Shown here: piece by piece, positions 51,496-64,000 of the stretch
How the letters are laid out: each line of letters starts with the position of its first letter
Position numbering within the stretch: position 1 is the first letter of the stretch
Assembly: GCA_017499595.2 (NCBI GenBank)
Contig: CM039005.1
Span: forward strand, 248,001 to 312,000
DNA length: 64,000 nucleotides
Direction of reading: 5' to 3'
DNA from: Psilocybe cubensis
Taxonomy: Eukaryota
The notes under the pieces: generated by a model
Told to the model about the DNA's origin: nothing
What the model saw: only the letters and a program-made list of their open reading frames with translations
The model's database searches: none
Translations under genes and position numbers: made by a program

Positions 51496-53170
51496 CTACG
51501 AGGCTTTCGACTTCTTGCCTCCCCTTGGTCTTTTCCTTTTTGATGTGGCGGGGCTCCCGGTCCTGAAGAATTACGGCACGTAAGTCACTATCTTATCTGA
51601 GATGTAGAATCAAAACACTTACTCCACCACTAAATTGTCCATGCTAACGGGCATTTGTTGACGATCAAATGCCTCGCTAGCCACTGTCCTCTCGGCTGTG
51701 ACGAGTGGGACAAATCCCCCTTCCTTGGCCCCAGGCTCTGTCAGTGGCATCATGTCATGTTCGTATGACTTCATGAGCGCTGGGGCCCTCGGATTCAAGT
51801 TCCTTGGCCTTCCCCTCTTTCCCTCAACCTCTGTGATCCCGGGGCCTCGGATTGTATCCTGGGACTCTGAGAGCCTGGCCTTTTTAGATTTGGAGCCTCT
51901 TGTGTCTTCGTTTTCTGACTCCAAATCTTCTTGATGTCTCTTGCGAGACCGCGGCACGCTCTCATCCCTTTGGAAAAAGAAATTTTCTCGTGAGTTCCCA
52001 TCACAAAATGTTTATCGATAATCGTACCTCCCATTCTCCTGGCCATGCTCTAACACTGGCCCCGCTCCCCACCTGATGTTTACAAATGAATCATGTCAAT
52101 ATCTATGTCAAAGAGAGGAGAGAAAAAACTTCATACCCTCCGTCATTCGTTTGGTCATCGATGTTTGTTTGCTCTACGGGCTCACGTGTGAGCCCGGAGC
52201 GGACGTCGTCGCATCCATCGTTGATGGATATCGTGTTGTTAAGTTTTTTCTCCTCTCTTGGCGAGGAGAAAAACATGGATGGATGGGTGATGAAACCCTC
52301 ACCCGGTTCAAACCATGGCTGAGCATGGTTGTAATTTGTGCGCTGATACTGACTTGTATCTGTGCTGCTCCCTGTCAAGGGAGATGGAAAAGACTGCCTG
52401 TAAGTTGACCTCATTTTCAGCCTGAATTGCTGTAATTGTTTTATAAAAAACGAACATCCTATTGCCATGCGTGTTGCGTATGGGCGACTTATCCCATTGA
52501 CGTGGTGTCATTCGGTCAGTCGCTGGCTGAATCGACTCCTCATATTCCTCTCGCTGCCAACGAGAGGGGCCTGCTTGTCCCGTGGCAGGAATCGAAGGTA
52601 CTAATAATCTGAAATCATAATAAATGTTCAGTTGAGATATAGCGTATGTGATTTTAGGACTTACGATTCAACGTCATTCCTTCTATCTGAATACATCGTG
52701 TTATAGCCCTTGATGTAGGCCTCTACCAGTGCTTCGGCTGATGGTTCCTCGTATCCCTCAAACTCTTCAGGAATTGACTGGTGATTTTCTTGAATTATTG
52801 AGTCTGAGGAATTGTATAATGATGGCCAGCTATTCCAGAAGTCGGCGCCACTCGCTTCTGGAGTTCTGTCTGAGCGCCCGGAAATATCACATCCATCGCC
52901 TTGTGTGTCGTAGAGGTCGCCTTGCTCTTCAGTAAGGCGTGGTATATTCGACAATACCTCCAAGGATAATGGAGAAGTATCGTCGAGGACATAACTTTCC
53001 GATGGGCCAGCCAGAGGAGCATCGGTACCCTCGGTGGCAGCCTGGTCGAGGGGAGCCGAGTCTACAGCGGTATCCCAGTCGCCACTCAATGAGAAAAGGT
53101 CGAGGTTGAAGTCGTATGCGTTGTTTGGTGCATAGTCTTGAAGATCAGAAAAGTTGAGGGCAAATGGCAT
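51496..53170 (-). CDS. Orphan protein copy 2 (inverted paralog of 42362-44214)
   Basis: First ~75 aa and exon 5 near-identical to copy 1; exon 2 shorter. Confidence 0.65.
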
Positions 53171-54427
53171 AATTGGAAGGTTGAGTAGTTGAGTTATGGT
53201 TTGAGTTGTGAAGTATATGGGGGAGAAAAAATCTGTCGACAGAGAACAATGGTCCTCTAATGTGTGTATGCAAAATCCCAGGCTCCATGTCTTATTCCGT
53301 AGAACTGGGCTATGACTCGCGTATACATCGTGTAAATATGACTAAAATCTGATGATCAATTCCCATGCTTTCTCTTCTTCTATAGTCACCGATGTACAGG
53401 AATTCGCAGTGCGCGTAGGCCAGACTGCGCTCCGACTTCACAGCCTTGATCATGACATGTTTTAACAACTGAAGTCAACCTCATTTCAAGACACGATGTG
53501 ATCAATTTTGATCGCTTATATCTTACCATTCGCTCCAGGCGCTACGGATATGATCAATTTCTCCTCGAGGTGTCTTGAAGGATTGAGCGCTGACTCGAAT
53601 CATCCTCATCGGCAAAAGTACGGATTTGTCCCACTGTCAAAAAGCCTGAGAACATCTTTGACATCAGATAACGATACACAGATCTACGCAGTTACGTTGT
53701 TGTGTGCACATCCGTGGGCAATCTGCATAATCTTATCAGTTAGTAAATGTACGTCCGGCTTTCCGGATCCCTATCCCTTCCCCTATCATTGACGCGTCAA
53801 TCACGACGCGTCGTTCGTACGCATCACATGACTGAAGCCACCAGCATTTGGCCTCATGCTATGGAAAGCCAGAAAAGCGAGGTGCGCAACATAGAATTGG
53901 CAGAAAGATGTATCAAACAGATAGTATTATAGAGTATTATGATGTAACAATGTTTGCTGATAGTAATAAAATAGGGATCAAGATATGTCATTAGCTAGTG
54001 CTACCTCTGGCGTTGGCTTTGTCAATTAGCGAGCTGAGGATTGAGACAAAAAATGGAAAGCAAGTCATGGACTAAGCATAAAGCTTAAAGCTTAAAGATT
54101 TAGTGGTATACCCTCCACTCGACCTCCCCTTTGAAAGGATAGAAATTCTCTTTCCTCATTCCTCCCTTACCACCCTCGAGGACGTCGTCGAACGTGGTTT
54201 CGTAGTATATCTGTCGCGCAGCAACCTGAACAAAGACAAAGTTAGTTTTGTGTTTAATCGAGGTCAGATTTTGAGCAATATTCCTTACATCATACTTCAT
54301 CTCGCAGCTCCTCGCAAAGACGAAATGCGAATGTCTTTTCTCTTTCTCCAACCATCGTCTGACGAGCAGGTTCAGTTTATCGAACCCTTTGGGCTGGAAG
54401 AAAGATTAAAATTTAATCAGGTAGGTT

Positions 54428-56401
54428 TCACTTCAGCAATAGAAAGGGACTTACCACCTCGCCATTAGGCCCAGTCTTGATGACGGTATACCTCGGTTCG
54501 CCTCCCCCAGTCGAAACAGTCGCAGAGAGTGCCGAAGGTGGACGCTGAACAGATGCGTACGCAAAACCAGGGTCCGCCTGAGTGCTAGGCAATTCTCCCA
54601 TGCCACTTTCTCTGAGCGAAGACATATCAAACCAACTACTCCCTATACTCTGAAGTGAAAACCGCTCTTTTGCAGGATGCGGCGTGTCTCCGTCCTTCGT
54701 CCGGCCAGGCAATCCCAGCGCCATAATTGCATCCACGTCTTGTACACTCCCTGCATCGTGTGCATCATCCAATGTGTCGGAGTCAGACACGTTTCCCATT
54801 CCATCTTCGTCACTGCTACTGCAGGTATAGAAGGATATGATCTCAGGGGCGTCTGCGAAATGCACGCTGAGGGGACCGACGGCTATGACGGTGGGCACAG
54901 GAATCGCATCGGGATTGTGAGCGGGATTTGGGGCGACAGGTAGAGAGGCAGCCTTCTGACCGTGACCCTGGGATCGAGCTCCAGTCGGTGCTTGCGCTGA
55001 GATTAACTCTTGGACTTTGAACGCTGTACGCAGGTCAAGAGGACGCGGACGCGGTTTGCGCCTGGACAACGCGCGGGGCCGGCGTGGAATTGGAGATCCA
55101 TCCGCACGGTACAAGTCGCTGTCTTCAGACGACGAAGAAGAGCTCCTTGGTGAACGTAGAGGCGCGCTTCGTGATCTGCGAAGGCTGCGGTGAAGTGTGC
55201 GACCTCTCTCTACGACAGCATCAAGATCAGGTTTAGTGGCCGGCTTCGATGCAGTTGAGGCTGCCACGGGCACAGAACCGGTGTTGGCTATTGGCTTCCC
55301 TGAAGATGGGACTACGATCGTGACTGTGGTTACGGATGTTTTCACTGAATTATTGGCAGTTTGCCGATCAGCATCGAGCTCGACCGCCGTTCTCGAGGAC
55401 GATGTAGATGGACTGTATGTCGTGGGGGCACGAGGCACTTTAACCGGTGCCACCTCCTTCAATGAGGTCCTCTTAGGACCGGCAACGCTCTTCACCTTCT
55501 CCCCGTGTTTCTTTGGTGATTCTGTGACCTCTGGGGCTTCTGCAATACGTACCGACCTCCTCCTGATCTCACCAATACCAGGCGCCTTTGGAAGCACCTG
55601 TACACTTTTACTGTCTTTCATATTTTCCTTATCGTCCGAAGTCTCCTTCGTAAGCGTAACTAGCCTCCGTCGTTCTTCCCTCCAGAATGAACGCGACATT
55701 CTCGCATTCGGAGGTTCTGTGCGGTATGGAATCTTGTCCACTGGAACAGCGGTGATATGATCAGCATAGATTGGTGGAGGAGGACCGGAGGGGTGGTTGG
55801 ACCAGTCGTACAGATATCGGAGGTCGCGTGGTTGATTTTTCTCGGACAACGAGCTGTAAGACGATGGCTCTTGGTTTGGGGTCGTTGAAGATTTTGCAGA
55901 AGAAGGAATAGATGATGCATTCGCTACTTTGGACGTAGAGTGCTTGCTTTTGGTTGATTGAGAATTAGAGCTCGCGATCATAGGGAGCAGCTTGTCGTGT
56001 TGTGCTTGTGAATTCGGGGTTGCCGCTCCCCTGGTCGAACCACTCCCTTCACGCGTCTTTGAATGATGTGTTGGATTCACCCTGTGTCCCAACACGTACA
56101 AATCTGGTTCGTGTCTTCCAAACACGCGTTCAGGAGGCATCAAAAAGTTGGGGTCCATTTCGCGTCTCGATCTACCCCCAGCGCGATTTTTCACCTCCAG
56201 GTTCGGTTCCGATTGTGAAAAAATTGCATGGTTATAGAAACCGTCAGAGTCGGGATGTACCTGCACCGTTTTTGCCGAATCAATGACGTCCTGGTTACAT
56301 GCCCTATACGAGTGCGAGAACCTGTTTGACGGTGGCTCAGTGCGATACGGTATGAGGGGAGTCTGAGTTGTAGTGAGTTGTGGTTGTGGTGAAGGCTTCA
56401 T
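54428..56401 (-). CDS. Ser/Pro/Arg-rich low-complexity hypothetical protein
   Basis: Uninterrupted ~657-codon ORF from ATG 56401; repeated IPYRTEPP motif. Confidence 0.65.
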   Translation of the reverse strand: MKPSPQPQLTTTQTPLIPYRTEPPSNRFSHSYRACNQDVIDSAKTVQVHPDSDGFYNHAIFSQSEPNLEVKNRAGGRSRREMDPNFLMPPERVFGRHEPDLYVLGHRVNPTHHSKTREGSGSTRGAATPNSQAQHDKLLPMIASSNSQSTKSKHSTSKVANASSIPSSAKSSTTPNQEPSSYSSLSEKNQPRDLRYLYDWSNHPSGPPPPIYADHITAVPVDKIPYRTEPPNARMSRSFWREERRRLVTLTKETSDDKENMKDSKSVQVLPKAPGIGEIRRRSVRIAEAPEVTESPKKHGEKVKSVAGPKRTSLKEVAPVKVPRAPTTYSPSTSSSRTAVELDADRQTANNSVKTSVTTVTIVVPSSGKPIANTGSVPVAASTASKPATKPDLDAVVERGRTLHRSLRRSRSAPLRSPRSSSSSSEDSDLYRADGSPIPRRPRALSRRKPRPRPLDLRTAFKVQELISAQAPTGARSQGHGQKAASLPVAPNPAHNPDAIPVPTVIAVGPLSVHFADAPEIISFYTCSSSDEDGMGNVSDSDTLDDAHDAGSVQDVDAIMALGLPGRTKDGDTPHPAKERFSLQSIGSSWFDMSSLRESGMGELPSTQADPGFAYASVQRPPSALSATVSTGGGEPRYTVIKTGPNGEVVSPFLLLK

Positions 56402-57039
56402 GTGTAGACTGTTGACTGGCAAGGAAGGGCAAGATTTGGACGGGATAGGAGAACAAGTTGTAAAGATTCAGTGACGGCCTTTCCATGAACCAGCTTATAT
56501 ATAATACCCGTTGGTGCCATTATTCGATGTATAAGGTAGTATACACCGGTGCCAGTGGGTGGCACGATCAAAAAGTCCAGGACCCGCCGATTCACTGTGG
56601 CCCACCTAACGCAAAAATAGAACGAGTCATTGGACCTTCGATATCTGGTTGGTCTCCCGTGAGCCCGAGCCCGACCGTCAACGACCTTGGACGTATAGAA
56701 GGGCTCTTGAAGTTGGTTACTCCTGCGAAAGAGCGTGATTACGCGCTATATTGGCCTGACCCACAAATATTAGTACATATTATTAATAAAATTAGCTATA
56801 TATCAAGAAGGGGGACTCACTTATAAATTGTGTGATAGGCATGCATTGCATCAAGTGCGGAGAGACTAGAATTTCTGTCAAGTTGTGCCAGACAACTACG
56901 ATGGTCATGAACGAAGGAACGATGGAAAGGAGAAAATGTCGGCAAAAAGGCGCGATTGCTTACTAATCAGAACACAGCCACAGTATCGACAAATTTTCTA
57001 ACCTCTTTTTTCTTGTTTACTCACCATTTCCTCGAAGTG

Positions 57040-59732
57040 TATGGCTGCCCAAGTGGGGAAATATTCCCCGTAAACATAATTTGCTTATTTTTGAGAAGTC
57101 TGTCAAGAATATATGGCTGCCCAAGTGGGGAAATATTCCCCGTAAATATAATTTCCTTATTTTTGACAAGTGCGTCAAGTATAAAACAAAATTTGCGCGC
57201 GGAAACATTTGTTTGGTGCCCAGATTGATTTCAAGGTAAATTTGACGAGTCCGTAAATAAAATTGACTGCGCGGAAACATATTTTTCGCATAATTTGCAA
57301 GCTTGAGTGCACTATTTCTGCTCCAAATTATATTTTTCGTGTAAATTATATGCGCGTAAGTACATTTTGTGCGCTGAACAAACCTTTCAATGCGCGGAAA
57401 ACATTGTTCACAACCATTGATTCTTGCCTAAAGTGACCAGCCGTTATGCCGAGATTATGTAAAATGATCTAAAATGGCACCTCGGCACACCTTAAACGAG
57501 TTCAAGTTCCGATAAACCTACACAAAATACATCGCTATTCTATCTATTACTGCCTCGTAGGACGATATAACAATTTGTGTAGTACTTCATATGTAGTATT
57601 AGAGCATATCAGGTAGATTTGGGGTCTCCCCATTAGCAGCGCAGCTTGTGCGCCATTTCAGACATCTCAAGCATTGTGTGAAAAAAACCCCATCAATCGT
57701 GGGAAAGGCATCAATCAGTGTATTCTTGAGCGCATTTGTGCATTGGTAGAGTCGAAAATGGGAAAGTAACATTGGAAAAGCATGTTGAAATATGTATTAC
57801 ATGGAAATCCACGAGAATAAGTCAAAATATTGCCCACAACCATTGTGTACAAAGTAAAATATTAGCAACTGCCATCATAATTGCGCATCAGTGTCTGTGC
57901 AAGAAAGCGACACAGGCGATTTCAAGGCGATTATCTCACATTCCTTGATTAAAGCAACATTAATATATTTCAAAAGAGTGTAGATTATATAGTAATCAAT
58001 TTGTAATTAAATGAATGTGGGTTAGAATTGCATTACAGAATCCTTGATATCACTTTCTTCAAAAATCCGAAAGGTGGAGCTTGAATTCGTTTTGGTGTGC
58101 CGAGGTGCCATTTTAGATCATTTTACATAATCTCGGCATAACGGCTGGTCACTTTAGGCTAGAAGTAGTGCAATTGAACAATGTTTTCCGCGCCTCGAAA
58201 GATTTGTTTGCGGCACAAAATGTATCTACGCGCACAGTGTTTATGCATTAAGTATAATTGAGGGCAGTAGAAATTTATGTGCGCTAGCAAAATATGCCCA
58301 AAATATGTTTCCGCGCAGTCAAATATATTTACGGCTAAGCTAGAAAACAATCTGCGCACTCAAAAAATGTTTCCGCGCTCCAACTTTTTTTTTTACAAAT
58401 TCACGCAGTAAGAAAAATACGTAAATAAGTTTACGGGGAATATTTCCCCACTTGGGCAGCCATAAGAATAGAAAATGATTTATGCGCGGAAACATTTATT
58501 TGGTTCGCAGATTGCTTTCTGAGGCAGTTTGATGAATCCGTAAATACAATTGTCTGCGCGGAAACATATTTCAGACATAATTTGCAAGTGAGAGTGCAAT
58601 ATTTCTGCCCCAAATTAAATTCAACGTGTAAATTACATGCGCGTAAATAAAATTTGTGCGCTGAACAAACCTTTCAATGCGCGGAAAACATCATTCGAAA
58701 TGACATTTTCTTGACCAAAGTGGCCAGCCGCGATTGCCTTGATTATGTAAATTGATCCATTATGGCACTTCGGCAGAAGTTCAACGAGTTAAAGCTCCGA
58801 CTGTCCTGTGCAACAGGTATCTTGCCATTACCATTTTGTAGGGTAAGGTATCAACAACTTTTTGGGCTCCATATATATAGTAACACCTATCTGGTGCTTT
58901 GAAAAGCTCCACATTGGTGGTGCAGCTTGTGCACTATCTCAGACAGCCCTGGGACTGTTTAAAAACTGTATATATTGTGGGAATAACATCAATCAGTACG
59001 TCTCTGCCTGTATGTTGCACGTCTGTGAAGTTGAGCATGTCTAGATAAGATTAGAAAGTCATATTAAGACAATATTTAATGAGTAAAAATGTAATTAATG
59101 GCCAATAGTACTTCATAAATGGCAGTACAAGAAATCGACACTTTGTATTGAATTGCAATTCTAGGTTATGCATTCAGTCGGAGCTCTTAACTCCATGAGA
59201 ATGTGCCGAAGTGCCAGAGTGGATCAATTTACATAATCACGGCAATCGCGGCTGGCCACTTTGGTCAAGAAATGGTCATTTCAAATAATGTTTTCCGCGC
59301 ATTGAAAGGTTTTTTCAGCGCACAAAATGTACTTACGCGCATGTAATTTATACGTTAAATATAATTTGGAGCAGAAATAGTGCACTCGAGCTTGCAAATT
59401 ATGCAAAAAATATATTTCCGCGCAGTCAATTTTGTTTACGGACTCGTCAAATTTACCTCAAAATCAATCCGGGCACCAAACAAATGTTTCCGCGCACAAG
59501 TTTTGTTCTATTATTGACGCACTTCTTAAAAATAAGGAAATTATATTTACGGGGAATATTTCCCCACTTGGGCAGTCATAATTGTGTTCACAGAATCATC
59601 AAACTGCCCCAGAAAGCAATCTGCGCACCAAACAAATGTTGCCGCGCGCAAATTTTTTTTTATTCTTGACGCACTTTTCAAAAACAAGGTAATTATATTT
59701 ACGGGGAATATTTCCCCACTTGGGCAGCCATA
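57040..59732. mobile_element. Nested cluster of long-TIR IS3EU-like elements (family B)
   Basis: Left ends TATGGCTGCCCAAGTGGGGAAATATTCCCCGTAAA at 57040 and 57112; right ends at 58464, 59580 and 59732; imperfect TIRs of ~400 bp with GCGCGGAAAC motifs. Confidence 0.9.
57112..58464. mobile_element. Inner family B element inserted into a copy of its own family
   Basis: Exact 6-bp TSD AGAATA at 57106-57111 and 58465-58470; removal restores a continuous TIR of the outer copy. Confidence 0.9.
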
Positions 59733-59817
59733 TAAATCAGCTGTATGTATCTCTTTTTACTTCTTCTGGCGGTGCTAGGTACTTCCATATAACTATATGT
59801 TTTTTCTTCGATAGTAC

Positions 59818-60904
59818 TATGGCTGTCCGTTTGCACATTTAATGCCAATATATAAGTTTCTTTCCCCTTACATATATGTGTAGGGAGTAAGTGGTCCAAT
59901 ATATACATCATATGATATCCGCAGACAGTCAGCAAGTTACCGAACATAAAGATTCCCAATCCACATATTCAAATGTGTGGCCTCAGATGAAACATTGAGT
60001 ACCATACATATAGTTTTGGTGCCCACATATATAAGTTACAGTCCCTTACATAGGAAACCCACGCCCTTTCATAAATGTTTTGTACCCTTACACATATCTT
60101 ACAGGCTCCGTGTATTGTTGATTTTACATATCACCGTCCCAAAGAGATAAAGGCATTTTTCGGCATTTTTCTATGCCGTGTCAGCCTGGACATCGTGAGA
60201 ATTCGGCAAATGTCGGCCATCGACAAGACACATCTCAGCACATTACCGTTTTTAAGTCAACACACGCTGAGTGAGCAAAAACAAAGTCTTCATACGTACT
60301 ATTGAAGCATGCATGTATGCTTACTAGAAATGTATTACGTCTTTCTGGTTGGAGCCAAGAATTCACCATTACTGAAGCCTAGCCGGTGTGCTAGGTTTAA
60401 ATAAGCGTGCAGTTGATGATATAAGTGATAAAGTGCAATAATTCTATTTACAATCTGTTATACAAAACACCTGCAGTAATCAAGACACACTTTTAAGACT
60501 TTGAATGAAATCTAATATCCATCCTAGCTTCTCAACGAGTATCAATTCACTGCAAAGCGGGATGCAAAACGAATTCCCACGCGCCTCCGGCAAGGACGGC
60601 ACGTGTGATAGTCTTCTCGACGACTCTATATCTGCGGAAGAAAGTTTATATAAATGCGGAAGGAGTTAGAAAGAGGGATACTGGCCTTTTTATATATGGG
60701 TGAGCTACCTCTATGCTCGTACCTCCCATTAAAACTTAAGGGCATGTAAGTTCAATGACTGGGATGGTTTCTTCCATGCTGGGAATCCATCTGTCTATGA
60801 CCGGGACATCGAAGTATGTCTTCGGAACCGTGTAGAATTATGACTTATATGTAAGGGAAAAAAAACTTATATATTGGTATTAAATGTGCAAACGGACAGC
60901 CATA
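59818..60904. mobile_element. IS3EU-like MITE family A, copy 2
   Basis: TIR TATGGCTGTCCGTTTGCACATTTAAT; exact 6-bp TSD TAGTAC at 59812-59817 and 60905-60910. Confidence 0.9.
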
Positions 60905-60941
60905 TAGTACAGATTTACAGGATCGACAAATTATCAACAAA

Positions 60942-63900
60942 TTATACGCCCGGTTTCCCTGACTCCTCAGTGCTACTCAGCGCGTCACCGCAGCTTTCTT
61001 GGCGAGGCTTCTTGTACAATCTCAATAAAAGGGAGCTGCACACGACAGAAGTTGACCTTGATCGGATAGATGTGAGTCGTATTTCTCGGAAGGAAATACT
61101 AGCAATACTGACGATAATGCCATGGCCAAGGATGACCACACAGGGCTCAACCTCGCATGTCCTGCAGGATATATTACACCAGCTGCTACGGGTAGCGCAA
61201 TCAAGTTGTAAACAGTTGCCCATGCCTGGAGTTGTTTGATGAGTCCCGTTGATGAGGAGGTGAACTAGGTGAGAGAACTCACAAAATTAAACTTGATCCT
61301 CCTAAATATCTTCCTCGATAGGTCGGTTAAAATCAACAATGTTCGAAGATCCGATGAAAGTAGGACAAATTTGGCACTGGAAAGCGCGATATCACTTCCA
61401 GAGCCCATGGCGACGCCAACATCAGCCGCGGTAAGAGCCTGTTTATAATCTTAATCAGGATTTCGGACTCATCGAGTGTGGTTAGGAATTACCGGCGCGT
61501 CGTTGATCCCATCGCCAACCATCGCCACAATCTGCCTTGAACTCTCGGTTCGGGTTCTTTTGCTCTTTCCTCGTCCTGTGCGAGGCAACGTCTGGAGCCA
61601 TCGTATTTTATCTGCCTAAAGCGGCGTCAGCGACTCATACGTATGGTGTTATTGACAAGAAATACCTTTTGTTGAGGCAGCACCCCAGCAATGACGTTCT
61701 CCGATGGGATACCTATTGTCCTCGCAACCGCCCTTGCCGTAATCTCATTGTCTCCAGATATCATCCATGTTTCGATTTTCTGTGCATGTAGTTGTCTGAT
61801 GACCGCAGGTACCTCATGTCTGATGGGATCAGCAATAGCGAAGATTGCTGCTAATCGCATTGCAGCTGTTTCTTGGGTCCTTGTACATAGAAGCACGACG
61901 CTCTTGCCTTCCGATTTGACGCGGTGTAGGAACTGGGATTCCTCTTCACTAGGGATGGCATCATAGCTGCGCAGCCATGTCTCGTTCCCCAGAAAAGCTT
62001 CGACGTTGTGTGTAGCGGAATGAGGTCTTTGGATGACAAATTTACCTTTCATACCACACCCCGGCAACTCTTCAATATCATTGCCGTCTATAGGGACAGA
62101 GGGCACGTTTTGGTAATACCGTCTCAGAGAAACACACAGAGGATGAGAACTGGCAGAGGCGAGACGAGTGATCAGGGCCGATATCAAAGAATCGTGCTCT
62201 GAGGAACAGATCATTTGGTCGGTAACTTTGGGCTCAGTCCCCTCCGTCAAGGTCCCCGTCTTGTCAAAGACGACTACATCAATTTGGGAGGCCTCCTGGA
62301 ACGCCTCCCCCCCTCCACGCGCAAGGATACCATGCTTGGCTGCTAGTCCTGATCCTACTAGGAGAGCAGTCGGAGCAGCAAGGCCGATTCCACATGGACA
62401 AGCAATGACAAATACAGAAATTGCGAACTCCAATGTCCAATACGCTACGCGCACAATATCAGCTTTGTGAATAAAATAGAACATAAAACAAGGGCTCACG
62501 CCATCCTCCAGCACTATTGGCTATTACTTCGGGATCCAGGACACCTCCGAGGCCTAAGGAAAGCCAGACAACCCAGGTGATGATGGCAAGCGCCGTCACG
62601 ACTGGCACAAAATACGACGTCACGATATCAACGACTCTCTCAACAGGCGCCCGCTTCGTCTGGCCTTCTCTAACAGCCTCAATAACCTGCTCCAACCTGT
62701 AAATATCTTCAGTCCGGAAAAACTTCAATTTCCCCAAATAATTCGATCCACATACATTGTACCACCATCCAGCGCCTCCACACGCATATCCACTGCGCGC
62801 AGCCGGTTGATTGTCCCCACGAATATCTGGTCTCCTCTAGCTTTAACGACGTCCTTGCTTTCCCCTGTCAACGAGCTCTCGTCGAAAAACGTTGAGTCGG
62901 AGGAGACGATGATGCCATCGGCTGGGGGCGTTGCGCCGGGCGGCACGCGCACGATATCGCCAACTTCAAGCATATCTACCGAGATTTTCTCGACGCCCCG
63001 GGGGTAGTGTGAAGTAGTAGGGTCAGAGGTCTCCTCGGAGGAACCTACGGATTCCGACTTAAGTCCATCTTGTGTGAGCGACTCGGAGGATGTAGGCGAT
63101 GGCGAGGCCTTTTCGTATTCCTCATTTGAAGTTACCAGGAGCGCGTCGGAGCTTCTCAGTCCACTCAAGAGTGTTATGGCGTTGGCCGCTTGGTGCTTGC
63201 TAAATGCTTCGATATATTTTCCTGGTAAAGCGTCATGAGTCAATTTTCAGAATTTCAACAATACAGGCACTTCATGAAGATAGGACGTACCAATGAGGAG
63301 AAACATGGACAAAAATCCGACCGAGTCAAAGTAAGTCATAGATCCATCTGCCTCATGTGTCCCATGCACGTCTGTAGCGGCTATGGCAAGTTCAGCGACA
63401 GAGGAGAAGTATGCCACAGAGACTCCTAGGGATATCTTGGGAGAACATCTCAAATTGATGCCAAATCTTTGGATAACAAAACGCCACACACTTACTAGAA
63501 GATTCATGCTTCCAAATCGCAGGAATCGCGTCGCCCATGACGCCTGGCTTCCTGGCTTCCATAAATGCCATAACTCTTTCAGCGATCGTCGATGGAAATC
63601 CTATTGAAGCCAGACTTTTTCAACTATCATGTCTCGTTCACGTTAATGCTCACTTACCATCGCCGAATAAAACATGACAGGAGTAGCCAAGATGAATAGT
63701 GCCCACTCCCCTCTCATTACCTGCCCTGCCCAAATCCGTTCCTCGAAATATCGTCTCCCAGGGTTATCTTTCTTTACCAACGACATGTAGACGATTCCAA
63801 TAATAAGAATGGGTATGCATGCAAGGACGGCTACAACCAGACGTTGCAATAAATTTCGCTGCTCTTTTCGATACATACTGCGTGCCATGTCGTCTGAAGA

Positions 63901-64000
63901 GGGAGGATGCCATAGCAATATTCTGGAGATTGGGCTGGTTGGAAGGGTATTTGAAAGGGCCTTGATAATTGTACGGATAGTAAAATTTGGTGCGGAAGGC
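60942..64000 (-). CDS. Copper-transporting P1B-type ATPase (Ccc2/ATP7-like), 5' end outside window
   Basis: DESSLTGES, IACPCGIGLAAP, FDKTGTLT, SSHPL, ISGDN, MVGDGINDAP, MALSSVSVVCSSLLL. Confidence 0.95.

Larger units (their letters stand above)
49739..53833 (-). repeat. Right arm of inverted segmental duplication
   Basis: Matches 41698-44657 in reverse orientation apart from inserts at 49856-50846 and 50945-51292. Confidence 0.95.

Noticed and set aside
4044-64000. Laccase and Cu-ATPase as a copper gene cluster
   Set aside because: About 55 kb apart with unrelated genes between, and the laccase is truncated

Overview
Eukaryotic, intron-rich fungal DNA (short ~50-70 bp GT-AG introns; gene content typical of an agaric basidiomycete). 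Recognisable genes are a 5'-truncated laccase, an FtsJ-like methyltransferase, an HMG-box transcription factor, an HhH-GPD DNA glycosylase, two F-box-like proteins, two paralogous multi-pass membrane proteins, a polo-like kinase and a Cu-transporting P1B-ATPase. The most unusual content is: (1) three diverged genes encoding a DIRS-type RNase H domain with an intact D-E-D-D tetrad but no reverse transcriptase or recombinase, fused to shared unknown N-terminal modules; (2) a ~3 kb inverted duplication of an orphan gene bracketing the polo kinase; (3) many non-autonomous TIR elements, most with readable target-site duplications (IS3EU-like TAT..ATA/6 bp, including a self-nested cluster; MULE-like 9 bp; CACTA 3 bp), two of which sit at rearrangement breakpoints; (4) a tandem pair of divergent stand-alone MIF4G-like genes. 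All calls were made by eye from the sequence and ORF track; no database searches were run.
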